This document shows positions 1 to 8,991 of a stretch of 64,000 nucleotides of DNA, in pieces. The position numbers and the translations under genes were made by a program. The stretch's first letter is position 1, and each line of letters opens with the position of its first letter. The stretch is taken from NCBI GenBank assembly GCA_018302225.1, contig JAGVZY010000011.1, positions 207-64,206 on the forward strand, given 5' to 3'. Source of the DNA: Candidatus Woesearchaeota archaeon (GTDB taxonomy: Archaea; Nanobdellota; Nanobdellia; SCGC-AAA011-G17; JAGVZY01). The notes under the pieces were generated by a model. That model was given only the letters and a program-made list of their open reading frames with translations. It ran no database searches and was not told where the DNA came from.

Positions 1-328
1 TCTTATCCAGCTGATAAGATCTCATTTTCTTTCCATTTTTTTCATATTCAGATAGCAATATATAACACTTAACTGTGTCACACGTCCAATTACTCTTAAT
101 AAATTCTTCTTCAATTATGTAAAACCTCTCAAAACAAGTACTGTTTGGACATATCACTCGTGGTTCACTTTGTAATGTGATGATTACACAGGGGAAAAAA
201 GAATTTCTCTGAGCTAAGTTAAGTTGTCTCATCAAAGGATTTGTTTTAATATTAGAAGAGATAGTTGAGCAATTCATTGAACTTGAAACAAGAATGAAAA
301 AAACCAATATAACAAAACTCTTTTTCAT
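1..328 (-). CDS. Secreted hypothetical protein, 5'-partial in this window (N-terminus present, C-terminus runs off the window start)
   Basis: Reverse-strand ATG at 326-328 is preceded by GGAGG (complement of cctcc at 339-343). The N-terminus MKKSFVILVFFILVSSSMNCS is signal-peptide-like. The frame stays open to position 1. Confidence 0.35.
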   Translation of the reverse strand, partial: MKKSFVILVFFILVSSSMNCSTISSNIKTNPLMRQLNLAQRNSFFPCVIITLQSEPRVICPNSTCFERFYIIEEEFIKSNWTCDTVKCYILLSEYEKNGKKMRSYQLDK

Positions 329-533
329 AATAAATTACCTCCTTAAAAAAATTTGTTTCCTAACTTTTCTTATTTATCTTCCCTTCAAGAAAAACCACTA
401 CTAATATTATTATAAAAAGTGACACCCCCCTATCATTAATTGTTCGATTAGACTAATTATCTTATCCATAGATTAAACACCTCCAGAATTTTCACAATCT
501 TAATCTATTTCAAACTGGAATAGTTCCAGGATT

Positions 534-580
534 ATTTTTCAAAAGAAAAGTTGCCTCACTGCAAAGTATATTGGCAACCT
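534..580 (-). terminator. Conserved 3' hairpin element copy A: TTTTCAAAAGAAAAGTT box plus a 6-bp stem GTTGCC/GGCAAC with a 17-nt loop, then a U-rich tract on the minus strand
   Basis: Lies about 19 nt past the stop of minus-strand gene 599..1186. It is near-identical to copy B at 1954-1997. The stem differs between copies but pairing is preserved, which argues for RNA structure. Confidence 0.35.
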
Positions 581-598
581 TTTATCAGGAAGCGATAT

Positions 599-1186
599 TT
601 ATTTTTCAGGATGCGTAGGATCAAAAAGAATTTTGTCACCGGGTGGCCTTAGTGAAAGGTCATACATATAATCTGCAAGGCGATAAAGCTGATTATCCTG
701 TAGAAGTGTAAGTAGGCCAGAGTTTTTAATATCCTTAGAAGATCCTCTGAATCGAACTTCTCTTAAAAAGAATCCGCTACCATCTTCAAAAAAGGAGACA
801 TAAACTAATGCACATGGTCTAGATAATTCGATGTTTCTATTGGATTTGTTAGCAGTCCCGATCTGCAGTTCAAATCCACCAATTTCTTGATGGATTAAAA
901 TCTTGCAATCGTAATTATCTGCATATAAATTTCTCTTCACAAGTGTATTTCTATAGATTTTTGCAGGCTTAACGATAACCTGCTTGGAATGATCTGGCCA
1001 TGCTCGCATAAGTAAAAATAGACAACAAACAAATATAAACACACCATAAGTAAACATTTCCTGTCCTACACCTTGGTTTGTAGGAATTCCTGCTTTTTTC
1101 AAACGGTTCATGCTTTTAACACCAAAATAAACCAAAAATAACCCTAAGATTAAACCCATTAAAGACATCACGAAATTAATAGTCAT
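599..1186 (-). CDS. Membrane-anchored hypothetical protein (N-terminal TM helix, soluble C-terminal domain)
   Basis: The ORF track gives 599..1321, but the first 45 codons overlap the neighbouring gene. The internal Met at 1186 (MTINFVMSLMGLILGLFLVYF) is preceded by GGAGGA and is the likely start. Confidence 0.5.
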   Translation of the reverse strand: MTINFVMSLMGLILGLFLVYFGVKSMNRLKKAGIPTNQGVGQEMFTYGVFIFVCCLFLLMRAWPDHSKQVIVKPAKIYRNTLVKRNLYADNYDCKILIHQEIGGFELQIGTANKSNRNIELSRPCALVYVSFFEDGSGFFLREVRFRGSSKDIKNSGLLTLLQDNQLYRLADYMYDLSLRPPGDKILFDPTHPEK

Positions 1187-1218
1187 TTTAATATCCTCCT
1201 TAAAAAGATAGTTTTGAC

Positions 1219-1788
1219 TTAAAATATCCAAATTAAAATTAAAACGGGGATTGCAACTTGGGCTATAACAATTAGTCCTACAATTGTGGAAGCTCCGATA
1301 GTATACAGTTTCATTTTGCATTTTTCAGTTTTATTTACTTTGATTAAATTATTAACCTCTTCAGAAAAAACTTCTTCAAAGATGTGATCTGAGTTAAGCT
1401 TATAAGCTAATTTATCAAAAATAAGAAGCGCACCAATTTGTACTTCATCAGATTTACTTGCAACTTCAATTATTTCTAAGAGGGTTTCATTCTTAAGGCT
1501 TAGAGCATTGATCTTAATAATCTGAGTTTTTTCTTTAAGTCCACCAACAGTAGAAATTTCAACTCGATTATTTTTAATTGCCTTCTGATTAGATGCATGC
1601 TCAAGAATTTTCATCAGTTGATCGCTCAAATCTTTGGGCCTCGTACTTTCAAATGAATCCTTTAGCGAATTTTCTGATTCTATCCAATTATTAAACATTG
1701 CTGAATCAGAATCCTCAGCCATTTCTGCGAAAACACTTTTTGAAAAAAGAACTAATATAACTGCAACCAAAAGAGCTATTTTTTTCAT
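1219..1788 (-). CDS. Secreted or membrane-anchored hypothetical protein
   Basis: Signal peptide MKKIALLVAVILVLFSKSVFA and a C-terminal hydrophobic helix (LIVIAQVAIPVLILIWIF). GGAGG lies upstream of the start. Confidence 0.5.
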   Translation of the reverse strand: MKKIALLVAVILVLFSKSVFAEMAEDSDSAMFNNWIESENSLKDSFESTRPKDLSDQLMKILEHASNQKAIKNNRVEISTVGGLKEKTQIIKINALSLKNETLLEIIEVASKSDEVQIGALLIFDKLAYKLNSDHIFEEVFSEEVNNLIKVNKTEKCKMKLYTIGASTIVGLIVIAQVAIPVLILIWIF

Positions 1789-1953
1789 GATAAATTCCTC
1801 CGAATAAAATATTTTAGAAATCTATTAATCAAATACAAACGCCTTCAAAAAAAATGGCTACTTCATCTGAGTAGGAAGAATCCACAGCCCGCGATTTAGG
1901 ATAAGAAACAGATATCTTGATGAGCTAAGGGGCAGATATATGTGAAAAAATCT

Positions 1954-1997
1954 TATTTTCAAAAGAAAAGTTATCTCACCGCAGGAATATTGATAAA
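1954..1997 (-). terminator. Conserved 3' hairpin element copy B: TTTTCAAAAGAAAAGTT box plus stem TTATC/GATAA with the same conserved loop
   Basis: Starts 8 nt after the stop (2005-2007) of the small minus-strand ORF 2005..2163. Box and loop are shared with copy A at 534-580. Confidence 0.35.
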
Positions 1998-2004
1998 TAC
2001 TTCT

Positions 2005-2163
2005 TTAGCAGATTCTTGGTTTTTTTCTTTCCTTACATTCTATTAGATATACAATTACTTTTGCTAAAATCGGAGACATCAGAAAAAAAGCTATAAATAT
2101 GCTATGTGAAAACACTCCTGCTAAGACGGCGAGTATAGCACAGTAAGTCACGGCTATAATCAT
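2005..2163 (-). CDS. Small hydrophobic peptide (52 aa, two predicted TM segments)
   Basis: Hand translation gives MIIAVTYCAILAVLAGVFSHSIFIAFFLMSPILAKVIVYLIECKERKKPRIC. AAGGTG lies 7 nt upstream of the ATG. It is below the ORF-track size cutoff. Confidence 0.3.
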   Translation of the reverse strand: MIIAVTYCAILAVLAGVFSHSIFIAFFLMSPILAKVIVYLIECKERKKPRIC

Positions 2164-2196
2164 TAGATTCACCTTCTTTATTTTACTTTATATTGT

Positions 2197-2277
2197 TCAA
2201 TTACGTTCAATTACTGCAATCTTGGTCTTAAGAGAAAGAATTAAACAGATAATTAGAATCAACGTAAGCATACGCAT
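2197..2277 (-). CDS. Very small hydrophobic peptide (26 aa)
   Basis: Hand translation gives MRMLTLILIICLILSLKTKIAVIERN. A perfect AAGGAGG lies 11 nt upstream of the ATG. Whether it is translated cannot be told from sequence. Confidence 0.2.
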   Translation of the reverse strand: MRMLTLILIICLILSLKTKIAVIERN

Positions 2278-2954
2278 AGTATCAATACCTCCTTAATCTT
2301 AAATATCTTCAATTTATAATTCCAAAACTTGTCTTTCAAAAAAGGACAGCTGCTCTAAACTCAAATCTATGTAGATTAAAATCTAAAACAACTGTCAATG
2401 TGGGCGGTTAAATTGTTAAAAAATATTAAGTATTAATGGTACCTCTGTTCTAGTTTAACTAGAAATTTAGATAAGCATCTTTTCAGAGATCATCCCATCA
2501 CAAGAATCACCTCCTAAAGTAATTAGCTTTAAATCTTGTTTTCCAACCTATTCCACTTATTACAAGCAAAATGAGTTAAAAAACTTAAAAATTAAGAAAC
2601 TTAAAACTAGAAAAAATCAAAAAATCCGACTTTGAAATACCTTTGTTTTGAAGGTTATTTCGCAGTACTTTTTGTTGTCTTTTTCAGAAAATTCTCTTTG
2701 TAAGATAATTCTCTTATTTATGCAGAAAAAAACTCCTGCAAAACCAGACAACAATTTACACTAAACTAACATATTATTACTACCTAGTAGTATTAACTTA
2801 TATATAAACCTTCCTATTTTTACTACTCATATAGAATGACAATATTACTCTGGAAAACCCCTTAGCAAACGTACTTTACACTATCAATAAAAAAAACACC
2901 TCTTTAAATTAGCTATAATTCGCCAAAAGTTACTCTAAAAAACCCCAAAATACC

Positions 2955-3545
2955 TTAAAATCTGTTATCTATACTACTGTTTTGATTAGAAAACACCCCT
3001 TTTTCAACCCTTTCTTTACCTAAATTCTCATTCTCAGTATAATCTCTACTCAAACCCGAATAAGTACCTAAAACATGCATTAAGTACAAATAAGCACTAG
3101 TTCCAGTAAGAAAACCCAATACAGATGCAAGTGTATAATCTACATTATACTTATTGTTTAAATAATACATTATACTAGATTTTATGGCTGTATGCACTGC
3201 CCCACATGCCTGGCCAAACACAAAACTCTTAAAAATATGCCTCTTAAAACCCTGCCGATTCTCCAAATTCTTTGACTTTTCATGCGTCAAATAGATATAA
3301 TTCGGCCACCTTAATAAAGCCGCACCAATCAAAGATCCACCTATAACCTTGGCATCATTAGTAGTTAATTTGCCTATTAATTGGATATTTTCAGGACTTA
3401 CTAAATAGGTTTGAGCAAGTATTGTCCCTAAATAAGTACCTACAAGTGCAAAAGGTGTAACTGCAATTGTTCTTTTAGTATAAGTTGAAGCAAAATACTC
3501 TTTATAACTCACCAAATCTTGCTTTGTAATACCTAATTTTCCCAT
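2955..3545 (-). CDS. Hypothetical integral membrane protein
   Basis: 196-aa ORF with several hydrophobic segments. It is divergent from the transporter gene at 3596. Confidence 0.45.
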   Translation of the reverse strand: MGKLGITKQDLVSYKEYFASTYTKRTIAVTPFALVGTYLGTILAQTYLVSPENIQLIGKLTTNDAKVIGGSLIGAALLRWPNYIYLTHEKSKNLENRQGFKRHIFKSFVFGQACGAVHTAIKSSIMYYLNNKYNVDYTLASVLGFLTGTSAYLYLMHVLGTYSGLSRDYTENENLGKERVEKGVFSNQNSSIDNRF

Positions 3546-3595
3546 ACAAAAAAGTAACGCAAACCCTTTTAAAGACTTTCCATTTTAATAGAAAA

Positions 3596-4264
3596 ATGCA
3601 AGAAATCTTATTAATTTTAATCTGGATTTTAGTTACCTTAAGCATAGTTTCAATCATAGTTTTACTAAGTAAAAAATATGGTTTTGAATTAATTTCAGTT
3701 ATCTTAGCTTCTTTAGTTGTAATTTCAAATATCCTTGCAAATAAAATAGTTTTATTTGGAAGTTTTATAGTTTCAGCAGGTGTAATTGCCTATTCAATTA
3801 CTTTCATGCTTACAAATATTTTAGCAGAATTGTATGGTAAAAAAGTTGCAAAGAGAGCAGTTTTTTTCGGATTTTGTGCAAATATAATTTTAGTACTTAC
3901 AATTTATATAGCAATTTTATGGAAACCTGCCCCATTTGCACTAGAAACCTCAGAAATGTTTGCAAAAGTTTTAGGATTAACACCAAGAATAGTTTTAGCT
4001 TCTCTAATTGCCTATCTAATCAGCCATTATTTTGATATTTATTTTTATCTTTTCTGGAAAAAAGTTACAAAAGACAAATTTTTATGGTTAAGAAATAATT
4101 TTTCAACAATCTTAAGCCAATTAATAGATTCTATTTTCTTTATTTCAATTGCTTTCTATGGAATTGCACCACTCATTCCTTTAATAACAGGACAATTCAT
4201 AATAAAAGTAATAATATCCATTTTAAGTACCCCCTTTATTTATTTAATAATAAGAAAAAATTAG
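3596..4264 (+). CDS. YhhQ/DUF165-family membrane transporter (queuosine-precursor transporter family)
   Basis: About 6 TM segments in 222 aa. The motif FMLTNILAELYGKKVAKRAVFFG resembles the conserved TD..E.yG region of YhhQ/COG1738 proteins. Confidence 0.45.
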   Translation: MQEILLILIWILVTLSIVSIIVLLSKKYGFELISVILASLVVISNILANKIVLFGSFIVSAGVIAYSITFMLTNILAELYGKKVAKRAVFFGFCANIILVLTIYIAILWKPAPFALETSEMFAKVLGLTPRIVLASLIAYLISHYFDIYFYLFWKKVTKDKFLWLRNNFSTILSQLIDSIFFISIAFYGIAPLIPLITGQFIIKVIISILSTPFIYLIIRKN

Positions 4265-4824
4265 AAATCTGCAAATTGAATTCTACATTTAACCATTTTT
4301 TCATAGAACATATAATCTTGCTTTCTTTTTTTTGGTTCAAAGATTAAAATATCTAAACCTTCCCAGAATAAAAACCATCCTGCTGGCTCTAAAAGTACGA
4401 CTAAAAATGATGAAAACAAAGTTGATTCTCCTAATTTAAAATATACTAAAGCGGCAAGAAACATAATTACTATACCTGAAAACACAAATGCTCCACCCAT
4501 CCAAATAGACTTTTTCTTTTCTATTGCAAGAAGTCCGAAATGTTTTTTAAAATGATCTTTTAATCTTCTTTTAATCATCTTTTCATAATGAATTTTTCTT
4601 TGTTTCTTTGGAAGTAATAATTCTAAATCAATACTTCCTTTTTCTTTATCTCTACTAGCTCTTTCAGCTTCGTCTAAAAAATCAACAGATAATGCTCTTT
4701 CAGAATATCTTCTTGGATCAAAACTAGAAAAAATATCTTCATAACTTTTAAGTACAAGACTAATCTCTGCAATCTTAGCAAGTTTCTCTTTTTCAAACTC
4801 TTTAATATTCACCTCTTTACGCAT
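4261..4824 (-). CDS. Hypothetical membrane protein (charged N-terminal half, two TM helices in the C-terminal half)
   Basis: 187-aa ORF with hydrophobic stretches GGAFVFSGIVIMFLAALVYF and FLVVLLEPAGWFLFW. Confidence 0.4.
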   Translation of the reverse strand: MRKEVNIKEFEKEKLAKIAEISLVLKSYEDIFSSFDPRRYSERALSVDFLDEAERASRDKEKGSIDLELLLPKKQRKIHYEKMIKRRLKDHFKKHFGLLAIEKKKSIWMGGAFVFSGIVIMFLAALVYFKLGESTLFSSFLVVLLEPAGWFLFWEGLDILIFEPKKRKQDYMFYEKMVKCRIQFADF

Positions 4825-4862
4825 ATAATTCTATTAGAAATAGACATTTATAAGGTTTTCTG

Positions 4863-6218
4863 TCAAATATTTATACTCTCTTGAATAGATAAACTTGTAG
4901 AATCATCTTGTACAACTTCCTCAGGTATAGAATCGGCCTTAACTTCTTTAAACACTACTTCTCGATTAAATCCTTTTAATTTTGAAACAATTTCATTCTT
5001 TAATTCATTTTCATTTACAACTGTTCTTTCATTTAATTCAGATAATTTTTTTCTAAGTAATTTTTGATTTTCAATTATATTATCTAATTCTGTTTGAAGC
5101 ATATTAGCTTTTTCTTCCATTTGATTATAAGTTATTTTGTTTCTAAGCATCTTATGTTCTGATGCAATTTTATTATATTCTTCTTGGAGTTGTTTTAATT
5201 TTTCAGAACTTAATAACTCAATAGTATTCAAAGCTCTTTCCATTTTCTTTTCATCAAGATCAAGAGTTAAAATATCATCTTTTATATTTTTTAAATACTC
5301 AACTATTTTCAATTCTTCATCTAATACTAAAGCTTCAAAGGGCTCTTCAGAATATTTTGCAACTAGAAACTCTTTATTTAATTTGGAATATTTTTTTAAT
5401 GCTTTATCAAGGGGCATAAATTGTTCTAAAGCTTTTTGTCTTAATTCTTTTATCCTAGAATCAATTTCACTTTTTCTTTTTTTAAGTTCTATAACTTCTA
5501 TAAACTTAGGACTCGTTCTTATTTCATCTATCTTCTTCGCAAGTTCCAATCTTTTATCATCTATTTGTTTTAATTTTTCATCAATCGCTTTTCTTTGTTT
5601 AACTGCAATAGTACCCTCATCTTGAGATTTTAAATAAAGATTCACTTTATTTTTTATTTCATAAACTTCTACCAATCTAAATTTATCATACCTTTCTTTA
5701 ATTTCTTTTAAAATTTCATCTGCTTGCTTTAATGAAGATGCAACATTAGAGGATTCTTTAAGAGTTGTATGAACAATATAAAAATTTCTCTCAGTCTTTT
5801 TTCCAAATTCATTTATTAAATAGTTAAATTTAGTATAAAACTCTGGAAAATTCTCAAGTTCAAACTTATCAATCTCAATTTCATTTAAAAATCCCTTTAG
5901 ATGTCTAATATAAGCATTCCGATTATCCAAAATTATTAGTTTTGCTTTTTCATCTGTTGGGGGAGCTTTTGGAATCTCTGCATTTTCTAACAAAGAAATA
6001 TTATCTTTTAATTCATTTATCTTTTTCTTAAACAAATTTAAACTATCACTGCACTCAGAGTTAAATCTATATGTATTTTCAGAAATAAATTCTCTTGTAT
6101 AGTCTATGATACTTTCATTATTCAATTCTTTAACCTCTTCTTGTACCTTAAAAATATTAGTTATAAACTCAAATAGTTTCATATTACCTAAAATAGCACC
6201 GTATATTTTTAAAATCAA
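4863..6218 (-). CDS. Long coiled-coil hypothetical protein; real start probably Met13 at 6182
   Basis: 451 aa with K/E-rich heptad-like composition. Starting at Met13 (MKLFEF) would remove the overlap with the downstream ogt-like gene. The antisense ORF 5137..5625 is spurious. Confidence 0.5.
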   Translation of the reverse strand: MILKIYGAILGNMKLFEFITNIFKVQEEVKELNNESIIDYTREFISENTYRFNSECSDSLNLFKKKINELKDNISLLENAEIPKAPPTDEKAKLIILDNRNAYIRHLKGFLNEIEIDKFELENFPEFYTKFNYLINEFGKKTERNFYIVHTTLKESSNVASSLKQADEILKEIKERYDKFRLVEVYEIKNKVNLYLKSQDEGTIAVKQRKAIDEKLKQIDDKRLELAKKIDEIRTSPKFIEVIELKKRKSEIDSRIKELRQKALEQFMPLDKALKKYSKLNKEFLVAKYSEEPFEALVLDEELKIVEYLKNIKDDILTLDLDEKKMERALNTIELLSSEKLKQLQEEYNKIASEHKMLRNKITYNQMEEKANMLQTELDNIIENQKLLRKKLSELNERTVVNENELKNEIVSKLKGFNREVVFKEVKADSIPEEVVQDDSTSLSIQESINI

Positions 6219-6480
6219 CTATTTTACCCCTTTTTACCACAACACCCCCCTTCTTAAAAAGTCCAATTTTAGCCTTTAAACCCTTATTAAACCCACCTAA
6301 CTCACCATTAGAGTTTACAATTCTATGACAAGGAATAGTAGAGTTATAATTATTATGTAAAATCTGGCCTATAACACGATAAGCCTTAGAATTCAAAGCT
6401 TTAGCCAATTCTTTGTATGTAGAAACCTTCCCCTTAGAAATTTGCTTACACAATCTATAAACATGAGCCTTAAAATCCAT
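6184..6480 (-). CDS. ogt: Methylated-DNA-protein-cysteine methyltransferase, DNA-binding and active-site domain only (Ogt/MGMT family)
   Basis: Active-site motif IPCHRIV (PCHR) in a helix-turn-helix context. At 98 aa it matches only the C-terminal domain of Ogt. Confidence 0.6.
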   Translation of the reverse strand: MDFKAHVYRLCKQISKGKVSTYKELAKALNSKAYRVIGQILHNNYNSTIPCHRIVNSNGELGGFNKGLKAKIGLFKKGGVVVKRGKIVDFKNIRCYFR

Positions 6481-6514
6481 AAACTATTTAAAAACACCAA
6501 CTTTTAAATAAATT

Positions 6515-6775
6515 ATGAATTATAACTTAGAATTAAACAAAATAGTAAAAGAAATAAAAAAAACTAAAGCTAAGCAAGTTTTAGTGCAATTTCCGGATGG
6601 TTTAAAACCAAAAGCTTTAGAAGTATCAGACTATTTAAAAGAAAAAACTAAAGCAGAAATATATATTTGGTTAAATTCGTGTTATGGTGCATGTGACACA
6701 CCAATTTTACCAACAAAAATTGAAAAACAATTTGATTTATTTATACAATTTGGACATAGTCCCTGGAAAAAGTAA
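6515..6775 (+). pseudogene. dph2: Diphthamide synthase Dph2 N-terminal fragment (86 aa of an expected ~330 aa)
   Basis: MNYNLELNKIVKEIKKTKAKQVLVQFPDGLK...CYGACD...QFGHS matches the conserved Dph2 N-terminus (LQFPDGL, YGACD, GHS). A stop follows directly after GHS. No downstream frame continues a Dph2-like sequence. Confidence 0.5.
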
Positions 6776-6875
6776 TATTTTTCAATGTATTCAGCTCAGC
6801 TGATGTACATTCGCGTTGATACACTCAACTTGTTGAGGTATTTTCAACGAAGTTGAACGTAAGCGTACTTGTTAT

Positions 6876-7130
6876 ATGGAGGGAATTAAAATGGAAAAAT
6901 CAAAAGATGAACAAATAGGTTATCATAAGGGAGCATTAGCAACCTTAGCAAAAGAACGTGATGAATTTGTAAAATTAATTAATGTTGTGGAATCAATTAT
7001 GAAAGCACACATAAAAACATTAAAAGATTTAGGCGTTGATTTAGAAGCAGAAGCAAAAACAATGATTGAGCAACATAAATCTCAACAATCCTCTCATCCA
7101 AAACCAAAATTAGATGAAAGAATAGGTTAG
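6876..7130 (+). CDS. Hypothetical protein (84 aa, helical, charged)
   Basis: ORF with GGAGGG upstream (tatATGgagggaattaaaATG). No recognisable family. Confidence 0.35.
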   Translation: MEGIKMEKSKDEQIGYHKGALATLAKERDEFVKLINVVESIMKAHIKTLKDLGVDLEAEAKTMIEQHKSQQSSHPKPKLDERIG

Positions 7131-7140
7131 GTAATAAATA

Positions 7141-7791
7141 ATGGCTCCAATTGCAGAGGGATTATTTAAAACAAAATATCTTGGAGAAATCACAGAAACA
7201 GATTTCTTAAATTATTCTAATTCAAGTGTCTCAATCTGGGGAAAGCTTCTTTGTTCAAATGGAGGATTATTTAAAAGAAGCACAGTTTCTTGTCAAGGAA
7301 TCGTAATTGGACCAACTTTAGCAGAAAACAAACAAATAATTGGTGATATGTTGGCTATAGAAACTTATTTCTTTTTTAATCAAGCAAAATTAAATCCCCT
7401 ACAACATAACTTTTATAATTTTTTATTAAATCAGAATTTATTTAGAGCAAAAGAATATCTTCTTGTTATGATAAATGCAACTCCCATTTGGAGAGAAGAT
7501 ATTAAAAAATTGTTAGACCTTTCAAATTTCTTACAAACAGAAGAAAACTTAATCATAGAAGAAAAACAAGAAATTGAAAAAGCTAAAAAAATAAGTTCCA
7601 AATTAAAACAAACTATTTCTGTAATTAAAAAGTTCAGTCATAACTCATTTCAAATATTAAATAGAGATTATGATAATATTAATACGATATATCAAGATCT
7701 CTCAACAATACTTGAAGAGTTAGAGTTCTTAAAACAAAAAATAATTAATTATATTAAAAAAGTAGAAGTTGAAATGCCTTTCTTGCTTTAA
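7141..7791 (+). CDS. Hypothetical protein
   Basis: 216-aa ORF starting 10 nt after the previous gene. No recognisable motifs. Confidence 0.4.
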   Translation: MAPIAEGLFKTKYLGEITETDFLNYSNSSVSIWGKLLCSNGGLFKRSTVSCQGIVIGPTLAENKQIIGDMLAIETYFFFNQAKLNPLQHNFYNFLLNQNLFRAKEYLLVMINATPIWREDIKKLLDLSNFLQTEENLIIEEKQEIEKAKKISSKLKQTISVIKKFSHNSFQILNRDYDNINTIYQDLSTILEELEFLKQKIINYIKKVEVEMPFLL

Positions 7792-7861
7792 ACTTATTTA
7801 CTTTCAATTTGACCCATAGAAGCATTTAAATAATAGCGAATATATCTTTTAAAAGATTAAA

Positions 7862-8866
7862 TTGAACAAAGTATTAACAAGCGTAGGTATTGGAATCATT
7901 TTAATTCTAACTTTAGTTCTTATTATCGGTTGCAATAATAAAACTGAAAATTCATTTTCACAATTACCTTCATCAGGAATAGTTGAAGAACCTAATTTCG
8001 AAAATAATCTTTTAGAATTACCTGAAAAATTTCAATCAAACTTACTTTCAGATTCTTTATGGACTTTAGGAAGTGTGGTTATTCCTGGAAAATATGCTGA
8101 TGCAGATATAATAAATTTAGAAAATGGAAAATATAGAATATATTATTCTGCAGAACCAGAAGTTCAAGGATTTAAAGGTCAAGTTTATTCTGCTCTTTCA
8201 AATGATGGAATAATCTGGACTCAAGAATCAGGAGAAAGAAAAGAATGGGCAACTTTTCCATCCATAATTAAACTGCCAAATAATCAGTATAGATTATATT
8301 ATCAAACTCAAGATTCAATTAAAAGTGCAATTTCTAATGATGGATTAACATTCAAAGATGAAGACGGAATTAGAATAGATAAAATAAATAATCTTGGACT
8401 AAATTTAGAAAATGTAGCTGCTCCGACAGTAATTCAAAAAGATAATGAATATATAATGGTTTATAGGGGTACTATTAATGAAAAATATCCCTCAGATGTT
8501 CCAAACAATAATATTCAATTATTTTTATGGGCTACTTCAAAAGATGGATTAACTTTTGAGAAAAAAGGTTTAGCTTTAGATAGCAGAAATGAGCAATTTC
8601 AAGGTTTACTTGATGGTCCAGAATTTATTGAATGGGATGATGGAATTTTAAGACTTTATTTTTGGTCTTATTCAGGCGTTTATCATGTAGATTATCAAAA
8701 TGAAATATTCTCAACACCTATTTTTGAATATACAAATAATCAAGACCCACTTAAAAAATTCCCAGAAAATCCACCTTGTGATCCTACTTTAATTAAAATT
8801 AATAATAATTGGTTTATGTACTATGGCCAGCATACTCAAGGAATATTTTACACAACTTTAAAATAA
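7862..8866 (+). CDS. Secreted lipoprotein-like beta-propeller protein (glycoside-hydrolase / BNR-like repeats)
   Basis: Signal peptide plus a lipobox-like LIIGC motif. Recurrent motifs YRIYYSA, YRLYYQT, YIMVYRG, LRLYFW and WFMYYGQ suggest blades of a GH32/43/BNR-type propeller. Confidence 0.45.
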   Translation: MNKVLTSVGIGIILILTLVLIIGCNNKTENSFSQLPSSGIVEEPNFENNLLELPEKFQSNLLSDSLWTLGSVVIPGKYADADIINLENGKYRIYYSAEPEVQGFKGQVYSALSNDGIIWTQESGERKEWATFPSIIKLPNNQYRLYYQTQDSIKSAISNDGLTFKDEDGIRIDKINNLGLNLENVAAPTVIQKDNEYIMVYRGTINEKYPSDVPNNNIQLFLWATSKDGLTFEKKGLALDSRNEQFQGLLDGPEFIEWDDGILRLYFWSYSGVYHVDYQNEIFSTPIFEYTNNQDPLKKFPENPPCDPTLIKINNNWFMYYGQHTQGIFYTTLK

Positions 8867-8991
8867 ATCTTAAAGCAAGTTTATTTTTTAAAAGATTTAT
8901 TTTTTATTAAGAAGATTAATTGATTTCAATAAATAAAAACTTAAATTTAGTTTATTTGGTTAACTAAAGACAAGCGCTTTTTTAAACGGTT

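Noticed and set aside
855-875. tRNA T-arm-like sequence GCAGTTCAAATCCACC
   Set aside because: It lies inside CDS 599..1186 and has no surrounding cloverleaf (no acceptor/D-arm complement), so it is a chance match.
599-1321. Full 240-aa ORF as given in the track
   Set aside because: The first 45 codons overlap the C-terminal region of the neighbouring gene 1219..1788 and lack an SD site, whereas the internal Met at 1186 has GGAGGA. The shorter model is preferred.
5137-5625. 162-aa plus-strand ORF inside the coiled-coil gene
   Set aside because: Antisense to a longer K/E-rich CDS. Its translation is Ser/Phe-rich low complexity, typical of antisense reads of AAR/GAR-rich codons.
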